A stretch of 64,000 nt of DNA from Eubacteriales bacterium (GCA_045632145.1 JAZQWB010000011.1:4026-68025), one strand, 5' to 3'. Positions 19,375-29,454 are shown, counted from the stretch's first letter. Notes: generated by a model from the sequence alone, not told the origin. Made by a program: numbers and translations.

Positions 19375-19403
19375 ATTATAGCACATGTTTTTTTGAAAAT
19401 CAA
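19375..19403 (-). promoter_or_regulatory. Putative sigma-A promoter (TTGATT-17-TATAAT, extended -10) for pduL-nifU-GGGtGRT
   Basis: TG-n-TATAAT with 17-bp spacer. Confidence 0.55.
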
Positions 19404-19463
19404 TGCATAAATAAAAAAGATTGTGAAAAAATAATAAAAGAAATGAAAAAAGGAGAAATATAT

Positions 19464-20138
19464 ATGGAAAAGGGCGATAAGGAAGCGGTTAAGCAGGCAG
19501 AAAATGGGCTTATCACCGACGGTGGAGCTGTTTTGGAGGGAGACGAGGGTGCGATTTTCTGTCTGTCGATTATCGGGCAAATCGAGGGGCACTATACCCT
19601 TGAGCCTACGCAGAAGGCTACCAAATACGACCACGTTATCCCTACCCTGGTGGCTCTTGAGGAGAGTGACAAAATCAAGGGCGTGCTGATACTGATAAAC
19701 ACAATGGGTGGCGACGTGGAGGCAGGTCTGGCAATGGCAGAGCTTATCGCAAGTATGAGCAAGCCCACCGCATCAATTGTGCTTGGTGGCGGTCATTCTA
19801 TTGGTGTACCGTTGGCCGTAAGTGCTGACAAATCCTTTATTGTGCCGAGTGCCACGATGACCATTCATCCCGTAAGGACTAGCGGTCTTATTCTTGGTGT
19901 GCCGCAGGCCTTTGATTACCTAATCAAAATGCAGGACAGGATAATCAATTTTATTGTTGAACACTCTAAGGTTGATGAAAAGGACTTTCGATATATTATG
20001 ACCAGAACCGATATGCTGGCAAACGATATAGGCTCTATATTAAACGGTAAGGAGGCTGTGGATATGGGTCTTATCGATGAAATAGGTGGCATAAAGGAGG
20101 CTCTTGCATATCTTAAGGAGAAAGGTAATAAAAAATAG
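19464..20138 (+). CDS. tepA: ClpP-family protein, TepA-like (translocation-enhancing protein)
   Basis: IIGQIEGH, TKYDHVIP, NTMGGDVEAGLA, GGGHSIGVPL, TIHPVR; ATG 19464 after AGGAG. Confidence 0.85.
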   Translation: MEKGDKEAVKQAENGLITDGGAVLEGDEGAIFCLSIIGQIEGHYTLEPTQKATKYDHVIPTLVALEESDKIKGVLILINTMGGDVEAGLAMAELIASMSKPTASIVLGGGHSIGVPLAVSADKSFIVPSATMTIHPVRTSGLILGVPQAFDYLIKMQDRIINFIVEHSKVDEKDFRYIMTRTDMLANDIGSILNGKEAVDMGLIDEIGGIKEALAYLKEKGNKK

Positions 20139-20204
20139 CCTTCTGCCATTGCAATTTGTGTAGAATTATGTTAGAATATAGAAAAGAGTTTTAAGGAGTG
20201 GACT

Positions 20205-20855
20205 ATGGGATTTTTTGATTGGCTTTTCAAGAAAAGAACAAAAAAATTAGGACATGACGACGATCAGGCAAAGTATTTCAAGGAGGATTTTGATCCTCGC
20301 GAGAGTTCGTCAAAGTCAAAGAAACCGAAAGAGAAAAAAGACGATAAAAACATCATTTTTGAGTCAAAAACGAAGGCAGAAACAAAGGCTGTCGAGTCGA
20401 CCCAAGAGATAACCGCGGAGTCTGCCGAGGTTAAGGAAAGCAACACCGTAAAGGAAAGTGCGGCTACTCCCAACGGTAAGTTTGACATCAAGAAGGCTAA
20501 GGATGGCAGATTTTTCTTCAGTCTTTATGCCTCCAACGGTGCAGTTATTGCATACTCGCAGCTGTACTCCTCTCTCTCGGCCGTCAAGACCGGAATGAAG
20601 AGTGTTATTAACAATATGGATAAAGCGGGAATCGAGGATGCAACTCTCAAAAAGGCGGTTGCTCTTCCCTGTCCGAAATGGGAGATATACATAGACAAGG
20701 CTAATGAATATCGCTTCAGGCTCTATGCTATCAACGGACAGTGCGTATGCCATTCGGCTCACGGATATGCAAGCAAATCGGGATGCAAGGGCGGTATTGA
20801 AAGCATCAAGAGATTCGCCACCGATGCAAAGGTTGATAAATCATATCTCAAATAA
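20205..20855 (+). CDS. YegP/DUF1508 tandem-domain protein with charged N-terminal extension
   Basis: KFDIKKAKDGRFFFSLYASNGAVIAYSQLYSS and WEIYIDKANEYRFRLYAINGQCVCHSAHGYASK..C..GIES. Confidence 0.85.
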   Translation: MGFFDWLFKKRTKKLGHDDDQAKYFKEDFDPRESSSKSKKPKEKKDDKNIIFESKTKAETKAVESTQEITAESAEVKESNTVKESAATPNGKFDIKKAKDGRFFFSLYASNGAVIAYSQLYSSLSAVKTGMKSVINNMDKAGIEDATLKKAVALPCPKWEIYIDKANEYRFRLYAINGQCVCHSAHGYASKSGCKGGIESIKRFATDAKVDKSYLK

Positions 20856-20857
20856 AG

Positions 20858-20888
20858 AAAAGGTGTGTCAAGCTAGGCACACCTTTTT
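20858..20888 (+). terminator. Rho-independent terminator (possibly bidirectional)
   Basis: AAAAGGTGTGTC-AAGCTA-GGCACACCTTTTT. Confidence 0.75.
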
Positions 20889-20898
20889 CATATAGAAA

Positions 20899-20924
20899 GG
20901 ACGCGGAGCAAATACTCCGCGTCC
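20899..20924 (-). terminator. Terminator hairpin for the CotH-CBM-GH3 operon
   Basis: GGACGCGGAG-CAAATA-CTCCGCGTCC, followed by TTTCT on the minus strand. Confidence 0.6.
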
Positions 20925-20961
20925 CATTTTTGACCTTAGCCTAAAGGCTAAAAATCAAATA

Positions 20962-23868
20962 TTAGAGATCATCGCGCTTGGGAATAAGAACGAAGAGAGT
21001 TGCGCCAACTACAACAGTGTTAACACCTGCAAGCGCGGGAATCCACCATGCGAATACCTCACCACCCTCAGTAACGGTACCGATCATTGCACCGTTCTCA
21101 AGGCCCTGTGCGGTCTCTGCATAGTACATGGTATCTACGTATGCATAGAGCATATCCTTAGCAGCCTTGTGGATGTAATACTTAGCAGTATCACTGGTAG
21201 TATCATTAAGGAACTCAGCTCTGTAGTCGGGCCAGAGAACCTGGTTGTTACCTGCTCTGATACCCTCGTCAAGGTCGTTGATATTACCGCTCTGATAGTA
21301 GTCGGTGATGATGGTGCCACGGAAGCCCCACTCATTACGAACAACTGCAGTCTGGAGAGCGTAAGAACCTGTAGTTCTCATACCACCGGTACGGGTTACA
21401 GAACCCATAAGACCGTTGGCACCCATCTTGATAGCAAGCTCGAAGGGCTTGAGGTAGTTCTCACGAAGTGTCTGCTCGGTGAGCCACTTGTAAGCACCGT
21501 TACGTCCTCTGTCATCCTCGTTTGCACCAATGTGCTTGATGTAAACCTGAAGGCCCTGCTCCTTTGCACCAAGGCAATGGTAAGCACACATAGTACCTGC
21601 AAGGAGAGCATCCTCGGAATAGTACTCGAAGTTACGTCCACCCATGGGAGAACGGTGAGTATTGGCGCCAGGGCCGTACCAACCGTTAATACCAAGAGCA
21701 TTACCCTCGATACCGATTGCAACACCTACCTGATATACTGCGTACCAGTCCCAGGTCTGTGCGATAACGGTGGAGGAAGGATAGCAAACCGCCATAAGCT
21801 TGTTTGCACCACCGGATACAACGTTAGTGTTGAAGCCACAAGGACCGTCGGTGTCTCTGGTCGCGGGCTTACCGATAGAAGGAAGCGCGATAGTACCGAA
21901 GCCTGCATCAATGATAAACTTCTTGCACTCCTCAAGAGTGAGCTGGCTTACGATCTCATCCCACATGGGATCATCGTAAGAAACACCGTAAAGATCGGTA
22001 ACAGTCCAACTGGTAAGAGTAGAACCGAATGCGGGAGCAGTTACGTTAGGATCTTCAGGCTCCTTGCCGTCAGTGCTGTTGTGCATAGATGCGAAAAGAC
22101 CGCCGGAGGACTTGGGAGCACCTGCCTCAGTGGGGAATGTGCCAAGGAAGTCGGCACGGGTCATGTAGTTGATAGGACCACCGTAGTTCTCGGAACCGTC
22201 ATAAGAAAGAGCTCCACTGTTGAAGGGCTCGTTAACCTTACTGGATGCACCGGAAACGGGGTTGGTGTATGTAGTGAACTGGTTCTCTACCTTAACACCG
22301 GTCTTGCTGTCAACCTCGTAACGAATGTCTTCAGCTACCTTAAGAGTAATAGTGTTGTCGTCCATACCAGCCTTAAGGGTGTGAACGTCAGAACGGAAGG
22401 AGATTACATAATCGCCCTTCTCAAGCTCATAGCCCATGAAGCCGTTGTTGTTCATATCGTAGCAATCGTAGGACTTCATTTCCTCGATAGGCATCTCGAT
22501 AACAACGTCAGCGAACTGGCCGGGCTGGATCTCAGGAGTCTTTGCAAAGCCGCCAAGCTTAATAGCGGACTTCTCGATACCACCCTTGGTGTAAGGTGCG
22601 GAGTAGTAAAGCTCTACAACATCCTTACCTGCAACGTCACCGGTATTGGTAACACGAACGGTAACCTCAAGAGTATCTGTCTTGCCAACGGTAGCACCGT
22701 CCTGGAAGTTGATTTCCTTAATCTCCCAAGCAAAGCTGGTGTAGGAAAGGCCGTATCCGAAGGGATACTGAACTACGTCGCTGTACTTGTTTACGTTCCA
22801 CTTATTCTTAGCGAAATCGCTCTGCCAGAAGCCCTCTGCGTCAGCGGTCTCATACCAGAGGTAACCGTTGTAGATGTTCTCAAGGTACTCGGTATAAGCG
22901 GTGCCAAGGTCGGTGTATCTGGTACCGGAGGTGGAGTCATATGCGTTGTCAAGACCTGCGGTTGCGTATGCAGCTGCGGTAGAAATATCGTAAGCCCAAG
23001 TGTCAGCAAGCTTACCGGAGGGGTTAACCTCACCGGTGAGGATCTTACCGATACCGATAGTACCACGGGTACCGGGCATACCCATATTAAGAACTGCATC
23101 AATGCCGTCCTGGTCAGCGATGCCGAGCTCAAGGGGGTTACCTGTATTAGTTACGATGATAACGGTCTCGAAGTTTGCACAAACGAGATCGATCATATAC
23201 TCCTCACGTGCGGAGAGAGACTGAAGCTTTCTGGTATCATCCTGACCGCCGCCTGCCTGGTTGGAGAAGTACTGAATCTTGGAGAAGTCATTACCCTCAC
23301 CCATAAGACGACCGAGAACGATGATCGCGGTGTCGGAATATTCCTTAGCATTTGCCATAAGCTCATCGGTATAGAAGCTCTCGGGAGCCTCGGAGATACC
23401 GTAGAAGTCCTTGTACTGATCGTTGTGAGCCTCGATTACGTAAGAACCGCCGGAAACACGCTTCCAACCAAGGTCAGCATAAGCCTTAGCAAGAGTCTCG
23501 TTATACTCAATGCCTGCAGCCTTAAGACCGCCAAGGAAGGTTACAAGATTGTTTCTGGAGCCTGTACCTGAGCCGGTACCCTGAGGCATGAAGCCTGCAT
23601 CACTACCAGACCAGCCGAATACGTTAACCTTAAGGTTCTGAAGAGGAAGAGCGCCATTGTCATTCTTTAAGAGTACTGCACCCTCTGCAACTACCTGCTC
23701 TGCAAGCTTTTCACCCGATTCACGAGCAGCAATAGCCTCCTGGCTATTCTCTTTGTAGCCTGTACCGCAAAGGAACATAGTTACAAGGTCAGCATTCTGA
23801 TGCAGTAAAACGTTACCAACTACAAGGGCAACGAGAAGGACAGAGGCAATAATTATTCTTTTTACCAT
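20962..23868 (-). CDS. Membrane-anchored GH3 beta-glucosidase-like enzyme (permuted order)
   Basis: EGAVLLKNDNGALPL, YPFGYGLSYTSF, GGRNFEYYSED, IITDY; N-terminal signal/TM and C-terminal TM. Confidence 0.93.
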   Translation of the reverse strand: MVKRIIIASVLLVALVVGNVLLHQNADLVTMFLCGTGYKENSQEAIAARESGEKLAEQVVAEGAVLLKNDNGALPLQNLKVNVFGWSGSDAGFMPQGTGSGTGSRNNLVTFLGGLKAAGIEYNETLAKAYADLGWKRVSGGSYVIEAHNDQYKDFYGISEAPESFYTDELMANAKEYSDTAIIVLGRLMGEGNDFSKIQYFSNQAGGGQDDTRKLQSLSAREEYMIDLVCANFETVIIVTNTGNPLELGIADQDGIDAVLNMGMPGTRGTIGIGKILTGEVNPSGKLADTWAYDISTAAAYATAGLDNAYDSTSGTRYTDLGTAYTEYLENIYNGYLWYETADAEGFWQSDFAKNKWNVNKYSDVVQYPFGYGLSYTSFAWEIKEINFQDGATVGKTDTLEVTVRVTNTGDVAGKDVVELYYSAPYTKGGIEKSAIKLGGFAKTPEIQPGQFADVVIEMPIEEMKSYDCYDMNNNGFMGYELEKGDYVISFRSDVHTLKAGMDDNTITLKVAEDIRYEVDSKTGVKVENQFTTYTNPVSGASSKVNEPFNSGALSYDGSENYGGPINYMTRADFLGTFPTEAGAPKSSGGLFASMHNSTDGKEPEDPNVTAPAFGSTLTSWTVTDLYGVSYDDPMWDEIVSQLTLEECKKFIIDAGFGTIALPSIGKPATRDTDGPCGFNTNVVSGGANKLMAVCYPSSTVIAQTWDWYAVYQVGVAIGIEGNALGINGWYGPGANTHRSPMGGRNFEYYSEDALLAGTMCAYHCLGAKEQGLQVYIKHIGANEDDRGRNGAYKWLTEQTLRENYLKPFELAIKMGANGLMGSVTRTGGMRTTGSYALQTAVVRNEWGFRGTIITDYYQSGNINDLDEGIRAGNNQVLWPDYRAEFLNDTTSDTAKYYIHKAAKDMLYAYVDTMYYAETAQGLENGAMIGTVTEGGEVFAWWIPALAGVNTVVVGATLFVLIPKRDDL

Positions 23869-23907
23869 ATTATAGTCCTCACTATTATTTTATTTTGTTT
23901 TTCTTCC

Positions 23908-23933
23908 ACCGTCCTCCCTTACGGAAGGACGGT
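23908..23933 (-). other. Intra-operon stem-loop
   Basis: ACCGTCCTCCC-TTAC-GGAAGGACGGT between co-oriented genes, no sense U-tract. Confidence 0.6.
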
Positions 23934-23964
23934 ATATTGTTAAAGAAGAAATCGGATTTTAAAA

Positions 23965-26952
23965 TTATTCTACGCTGAAGATGATGTAGTCAAGGTCTGT
24001 GCCGTTACCGGTGGTGAACTCGAAGAGGTAAACACCAGCCTCTGCAACGGAAACCATTCCTACAAGCCCGTTTGCAGTAGCGCCTGATGAACCGTAATTG
24101 CCCTCGGGGATCATATCAACACCGCCGAAGTTGTAGGTGAAGTTGGACATTGCAGTACCGAAGCCACCAAGAACGATGGTGATATCACAAGCACTGTCAA
24201 CCTGTACGTACATACGGATAGTAGTACCGTTATCCATACCCCAGAGTCTACCGGATTCAACGGTACCGGGACGGGTGAAGCCTGCATTGATAAGGTCCTG
24301 TCTAAGAGTGATAGTGCAGTTTGCAAGATCGAAGGTTTCTAACTCAACTTTAGTATCGCCGCTTGTTCCAAGAGTGAAATCAGCAGCATGATCAACGGGA
24401 GTTGCAACGGCAGTAGACTGGTGACCCTCACACTTAGCTGCGCAAACAGACTCTGTGCATGCAGAATCGGTGCACTTGCCACACTTGGGACAAGTACTCT
24501 CACAGAAGTGAGGATTAGGAGTTACTTCACCATCGGACTCAAGGAAGAATACCTTATCAAGGTTGGGATGACCATCAAGAACGGTAAGAACGATCTCGTT
24601 GTCACCTGCCTTAAGCTCTACAAGGCCGAGGCTTACAGTCTGCCAATCCCAGTAGGGCCTATTTCCAGAACCTGTAAGAAGGCCTGCGGGAATTTCAATA
24701 GCCTTACCATTTACGGTTACGCTGAACTTAGTAGAAACGTCATATCCCTTAGCGTCGGTCGCACCAACGAGGAACATCTCGAGCGTAATAGCAGCATCAA
24801 CCTTGAAGTTGAACTTGAACCAAGTACCGGAGGTGAAGCCACAGATACAGGTTGCACCGTTGCCGGACTCAGACATATACTGACCCGCAGGAATTCTACC
24901 TGCATCGATCATATCCTGTCTGGTAACAACACCCTCGTTATCGAAGGTCTCTGCCTCGATAGTAGCGAAGGGCTCTTCAGGACCGTAGCTAAGCACCTTG
25001 ATCTTTACACAGTCGAAGTTAGGATTCTTAAGGAAGTTAACGGTAAGAGTATAAGTACCTGCCTCAAGAGTAACGGGAGCACCGAACGCAACGTCGGACC
25101 AGTTCCAGTACATGCTTGTAGCATTATCACCTGCAAGAAGATCAACGGTTGCATTAAGCTCTGTGTCGCCGAGCTTCATGCTCATGTAGGAAGAAGCTGC
25201 ACCGCCGTGTGCGTGAGCAAGTCTACCGTAAACCTGAATGGTAGCAACGTCATTAAGGGTAAATGTTACTGTGGTGTAACCGCCGCCGCATGCACCGATG
25301 GACTTACCACCGCTTGTTGCGGGGTTAGGAGTACCGGGAGTCTCGATCTGAACACCCCTGTCTTCCCAACCATCGGAGGGAGTAAGATTGGATCTATCCA
25401 TCTCCTCTGCCTCAAAGGTGTATGTGCCTTCCTTATCGATTGTGGTAGAAACGATAGGATCGGGCTCAGGCTTAGCCATATCTTCAAGGTTAACACCGCT
25501 CTCGTCGAAGGAGCCGAGAGAGATGATCTCGAACTCAACAGTATCTACGTTACAGTCTGTGCCAAATACCTCAATAAGGAAGAAGTGGTCGCCTGCGGTA
25601 AGGTTGATCACACCAACGTCAGTGTAGATCCAATCCCACCAAAGTCCCTTGGAGGAGTCGCCACCTTCAATATTGATGGACTGAACAGTAGTAAGCTTAA
25701 CACCGTCAATGTAGAAGTTCCAGTTATCCTTTACGTAGTAAGCGCCCTTGCCTACTGCAGAAGCCTTGAACTTAATAAGTACTGTTGCATCCTGTGCAAG
25801 ACGGAGTGTGGTAGACATCTGAGAGCCGTTACCGATAGCACCAACTGCAGTACCGTTATTAGTGGTCTTGCCGGGAGATTCCTTGGTAGGCTCTACGAAG
25901 AGCTGACCGTCCTTAAGGCCGTGTGCGGCAGCAACGTCGGAACGAGTAAATGCCTTCTCGGTATCAAGCGCCTCGAGATCCTTAACGATTGTGGTAGTAT
26001 CGGTGATCTCAACAACAGTGCTGATATAACGCATACCTACGTAGAAGTCAACGTAGTCAATGTCGAAGGCAATGTTCTTGCCCTGCACCTCGAAGGTAAG
26101 GGTGTTTGTGCCGGCGGGAATGGTGATATTACGGATAACAATATCAGACCAGTTGCATGCGCCGTCAGCCTCAATGATAAAGCCGTCAAGAGGAAGCTCG
26201 CCGCTTACGGCACCGTTAGCATCCTGAGCAAGGTTGAGGTACATCTTAACTGCGCCTGTGTTAATATCGTTAGCAGTAGAGTTAGCAACACGAAGAACGA
26301 GAGTAACACCCTCATACTTCTCTGCTGCAGTAAAGGTAAAGCCGAAGTAATTCCACTTTACACCGTAGCCGGTGAGATACTGCTCACCGCTGGTAATTGC
26401 TGCTCCCTCGGGTGCGGTAGCTACGAAGCTCTCACATCCGTCAGCCTTTGCTGCGCCGGGAGTAACCATGTCGATAGCCTCTGCCTCAACACGGTAAGGA
26501 ACGGAATCGTTCTTTTCGGTGATGTCTACAAGAGACTCGGTAGAAATAGCGGGATAAACCTTTGCAAGAATGGTAACCTCGTAACGAGCAGATGCGCCGC
26601 CGTACGAAACAGCTATCTGTCTTACTCCTGCCTTGGTAGTGTCGGGCTTGGTAATCTTGCAATCGTCGGGGGAAATCTCCTTCTGAGTGCCGTCACTCAT
26701 AGTAGCGGTGATTTTCAATCCCTCGGTTGTGAATGCCTCGTCGAATGCGAAGGTTGTCTTTGCTCCGCTTGCATCGATTGCAAGAGAAACAACTTCAGCT
26801 TCCTCATCAACGGGAGGCTTTTCGGGTGTCTGGCCTGCATCGGGGTTAGTCAGCATTGCGATCATGCCGCCGATCTCGTCAGGATAAAGCATAACTGTTG
26901 AGCTTATACCAATTACGAGGGCCAAAAGAAGAATAAGTATTGTTCTTAACAT
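23965..26952 (-). CDS. Secreted/anchored non-catalytic protein: Ig-like (Big_3) + ~5 CBM6/CBM35-like modules + Cys-rich linker
   Basis: KTTFAFDEAFTTEGLKITATMSDG (Big_3); repeated xEAE...W.W...L.AG.N...N.D modules; HFCESTCPKCGKCTDSAC linker. Confidence 0.8.
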   Translation of the reverse strand: MLRTILILLLALVIGISSTVMLYPDEIGGMIAMLTNPDAGQTPEKPPVDEEAEVVSLAIDASGAKTTFAFDEAFTTEGLKITATMSDGTQKEISPDDCKITKPDTTKAGVRQIAVSYGGASARYEVTILAKVYPAISTESLVDITEKNDSVPYRVEAEAIDMVTPGAAKADGCESFVATAPEGAAITSGEQYLTGYGVKWNYFGFTFTAAEKYEGVTLVLRVANSTANDINTGAVKMYLNLAQDANGAVSGELPLDGFIIEADGACNWSDIVIRNITIPAGTNTLTFEVQGKNIAFDIDYVDFYVGMRYISTVVEITDTTTIVKDLEALDTEKAFTRSDVAAAHGLKDGQLFVEPTKESPGKTTNNGTAVGAIGNGSQMSTTLRLAQDATVLIKFKASAVGKGAYYVKDNWNFYIDGVKLTTVQSINIEGGDSSKGLWWDWIYTDVGVINLTAGDHFFLIEVFGTDCNVDTVEFEIISLGSFDESGVNLEDMAKPEPDPIVSTTIDKEGTYTFEAEEMDRSNLTPSDGWEDRGVQIETPGTPNPATSGGKSIGACGGGYTTVTFTLNDVATIQVYGRLAHAHGGAASSYMSMKLGDTELNATVDLLAGDNATSMYWNWSDVAFGAPVTLEAGTYTLTVNFLKNPNFDCVKIKVLSYGPEEPFATIEAETFDNEGVVTRQDMIDAGRIPAGQYMSESGNGATCICGFTSGTWFKFNFKVDAAITLEMFLVGATDAKGYDVSTKFSVTVNGKAIEIPAGLLTGSGNRPYWDWQTVSLGLVELKAGDNEIVLTVLDGHPNLDKVFFLESDGEVTPNPHFCESTCPKCGKCTDSACTESVCAAKCEGHQSTAVATPVDHAADFTLGTSGDTKVELETFDLANCTITLRQDLINAGFTRPGTVESGRLWGMDNGTTIRMYVQVDSACDITIVLGGFGTAMSNFTYNFGGVDMIPEGNYGSSGATANGLVGMVSVAEAGVYLFEFTTGNGTDLDYIIFSVE

Positions 26953-27048
26953 TTTGATTTCTCCTTGTTAATTATTTATAACGATGCATCTGAGGGCCGT
27001 CACCTCTACCACCAGGCAACAGCTTCGACCTCGATGCAGAATTATATA

Positions 27049-29193
27049 CTATTTAGTAATTTTTTCAGCCGAATAAATCTCGATAAAATCAATATTCGTT
27101 GTATCGGCCACAGCGGTGATGCTGATGGTGTTTTCACCTGCACCCACAAGTGCTGTAGTCAGCCTTATGCACTGGAAGGTATGCCATTCCCTTTCACCGT
27201 CTGCAACGGCAGAAATCTCTCTCGCAGGAACGTTAACCTTCTTGCCGTTAATAGTTAAGCTAAAGCACTCATTAAAATCAAAGGCTTCGCTTCGTTTTGC
27301 TACGCTTATATAAATAATAATTGTAGTTGATTTTTGTGCATTAAAGCTAAAGCTAAGGGTTGAGCCCTTGTGCATATCACTTACGTAGGCTCCGCCGCTA
27401 ACAAAATACTTGTTGTCGCGGATAGGATCGGTAGACTTGAAGCCTGAAAGCTCTGCATCCTCTGCCTCAAATCTGTATCCTGTGGTGCCTGCAGGAGGAT
27501 TAACTATCTGCGGGGCTGCCGTCTTGCCGTATTGACGGTCTCCCGCAATCAGCCACTGACTGTCAAGATAGGTAAATCTCTGGTGCAGCCAATTGATAAG
27601 GAATTCTGCTGCAAGGCCCTGTGCGGTATTAATATCTCTGTAGCTCTGGAGTGTAGAGTTACATTCGCTGTTTCCGCCAGTCACACGACCCGACCAACGC
27701 TGATTGTTTTTGATGTAATAAGAAGCATAAAGTGTCTTTTGCGTACCGATAAGATCAATGGTGCGCTCCTGAACCTCATACTGCTTCATTTCCGACCACT
27801 TATCCTTTACCATATCCCAGAACCAATCATAGCTGTTTACAAGCTTAAACCAAGGATTTCTGTTATAGGCGTACATTCCTTTTGCACCGGGAACTGCGGC
27901 ATCAATATCAAATCTTAATCCAAAGCAGGAATCCCAATCCCAGGGAGCCTCAAAGGTGATCTTTTTGCCTCCGTCCTCGCTTAAATCAAGAGAGAGATAG
28001 AAGCTGGACCAGTCAACGTCAAGGTCGCAGGCAATCTCATTAAGAATGTAGATATCAACAAGAGATTGAATATCGATTACCGATTCGATAACGGTCTTGG
28101 CACCCTTGGCAGATGAGTCCTTAACTACGTTGTAATTCTCATCAAACTTATAATAATTCCCCTTTGATGCCTGAAAAGCAATATAGAAGGTATTTTCAAC
28201 ATAAGCTTTCAGGAAGTTAAGCTGATCCTTGGTGTATATATCGCTCTTAACGGTGTAACCGTTGGTACGTCCCTGCAAGCCCTGATGATTTATAGTGAAT
28301 GTAGGATCACCGTCACCTCCATCAAGATAGGATGTTCCCTCCTGGGTGTAGTAGCCGTCAAACTCGAAGAAATAGCCGATATCTGTGCCTGTATAATCGT
28401 CATCAACCTCCGAAACGCTTGTGCGATTATCCTTAACTTCCTGCTGCTCTACCAGAAGATACACGCCCCAGTACTGTCCGTTGAGATATACCTCAACGTT
28501 GCGGAAATCGGTGCAATAATATCCGTCGGAGCCGAGAATAAGATTGCCAAGGAAGAATGCTGCGGTATTGTTGCTGAGAGAAAGATCCTTATAGTCTGCA
28601 AGAAGCACCCAGTTCTTGTATTTTTCCTCGTTATGGAGACCAAGAAGATTGTTTTTCTTTGAGAATTTGATACGGATGGGCTTCTTCTCATAATTGAGAG
28701 TTGCGTTACCGCGAACCTTTACCTCTGCTGCAACGTCGGTCATCTCATACTCTTCCTCGCAGTTGCCAACACTAATAGTGGCATCAACGTAATCGATGTT
28801 GCCGTTTATCTTATCCTGCTGACCGTATTTAGTAACCCAACTATTATCACCGTCCGAGGTATTGATGTAGATAGCAGGCATCACGTTGGTAACAGCCGCG
28901 ATGTAGCCATAACGCTTCATATTAGCCTCATCCTCAGGGTCATATACCTCAGGGGGCTCGGTGGTTTGTGAGGGAGGCTTAGGTTGCTCGGGGTCATCCT
29001 GATCGTCGGTAGATCCCGGCTCCTTTTCCTCGTCTATAGGAGGAGTGGTTATGCCTGGATCACCGCCCGGAGCTTCGGGGTCGGTACCGACAATCATTCC
29101 GAGAATACCGTCCAGGGCCGAGCATGAGCAAAGGGTCATAACAGACATTACAAATACCGTAATGAGTGCAACGAGTCTTGTGTTTAATCTCAT
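27049..29193 (-). CDS. CotH-family kinase lipoprotein with C-terminal CBM6/35-like module
   Basis: Lipobox LCSC; KVRGNAT..KKPIRIKF, WVLLADYKD, EVYLNGQYWGVYLLVEQ, DLDVDWSSFY, APWDWDSCFG; C-terminal FEAEDAEL...NIDFIEI. Confidence 0.88.
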   Translation of the reverse strand: MRLNTRLVALITVFVMSVMTLCSCSALDGILGMIVGTDPEAPGGDPGITTPPIDEEKEPGSTDDQDDPEQPKPPSQTTEPPEVYDPEDEANMKRYGYIAAVTNVMPAIYINTSDGDNSWVTKYGQQDKINGNIDYVDATISVGNCEEEYEMTDVAAEVKVRGNATLNYEKKPIRIKFSKKNNLLGLHNEEKYKNWVLLADYKDLSLSNNTAAFFLGNLILGSDGYYCTDFRNVEVYLNGQYWGVYLLVEQQEVKDNRTSVSEVDDDYTGTDIGYFFEFDGYYTQEGTSYLDGGDGDPTFTINHQGLQGRTNGYTVKSDIYTKDQLNFLKAYVENTFYIAFQASKGNYYKFDENYNVVKDSSAKGAKTVIESVIDIQSLVDIYILNEIACDLDVDWSSFYLSLDLSEDGGKKITFEAPWDWDSCFGLRFDIDAAVPGAKGMYAYNRNPWFKLVNSYDWFWDMVKDKWSEMKQYEVQERTIDLIGTQKTLYASYYIKNNQRWSGRVTGGNSECNSTLQSYRDINTAQGLAAEFLINWLHQRFTYLDSQWLIAGDRQYGKTAAPQIVNPPAGTTGYRFEAEDAELSGFKSTDPIRDNKYFVSGGAYVSDMHKGSTLSFSFNAQKSTTIIIYISVAKRSEAFDFNECFSLTINGKKVNVPAREISAVADGEREWHTFQCIRLTTALVGAGENTISITAVADTTNIDFIEIYSAEKITK

Positions 29194-29232
29194 AAGTACC
29201 TCCTAATATACATTATTTATACTAGTATGTTA

Positions 29233-29261
29233 ATTATAACATATGATACTAATTTTGTAAA
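29233..29261 (-). promoter_or_regulatory. Putative sigma-A promoter (TTTACA-17-TATAAT, extended -10) for the CotH-CBM-GH3 operon
   Basis: Same architecture as the 15786..15814 promoter. Confidence 0.55.
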
Positions 29262-29454
29262 TTGACGAGAATGTAGAAAAACAATCGTTTTTTTGTTTAA
29301 ATTGCACAAATCGCTCCGACCTTTTCTCGACAGAAATTAACGATGTTAACAACAATTTTACACTTATTGGATACATTCTTACAGAATTTGTACCATATTT
29401 TGCCCCTATTTCCCGAGATAAATTACAATGCGTTTTCTTTTGTAAAAAAACAAA

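Noticed and set aside
6264-26901. Very long antisense ORFs (554, 747, 800, 837 aa)
   Set aside because: Codon-register mirrors of real genes; the host rarely uses TTA/CTA/TCA codons, so antisense stops are scarce.
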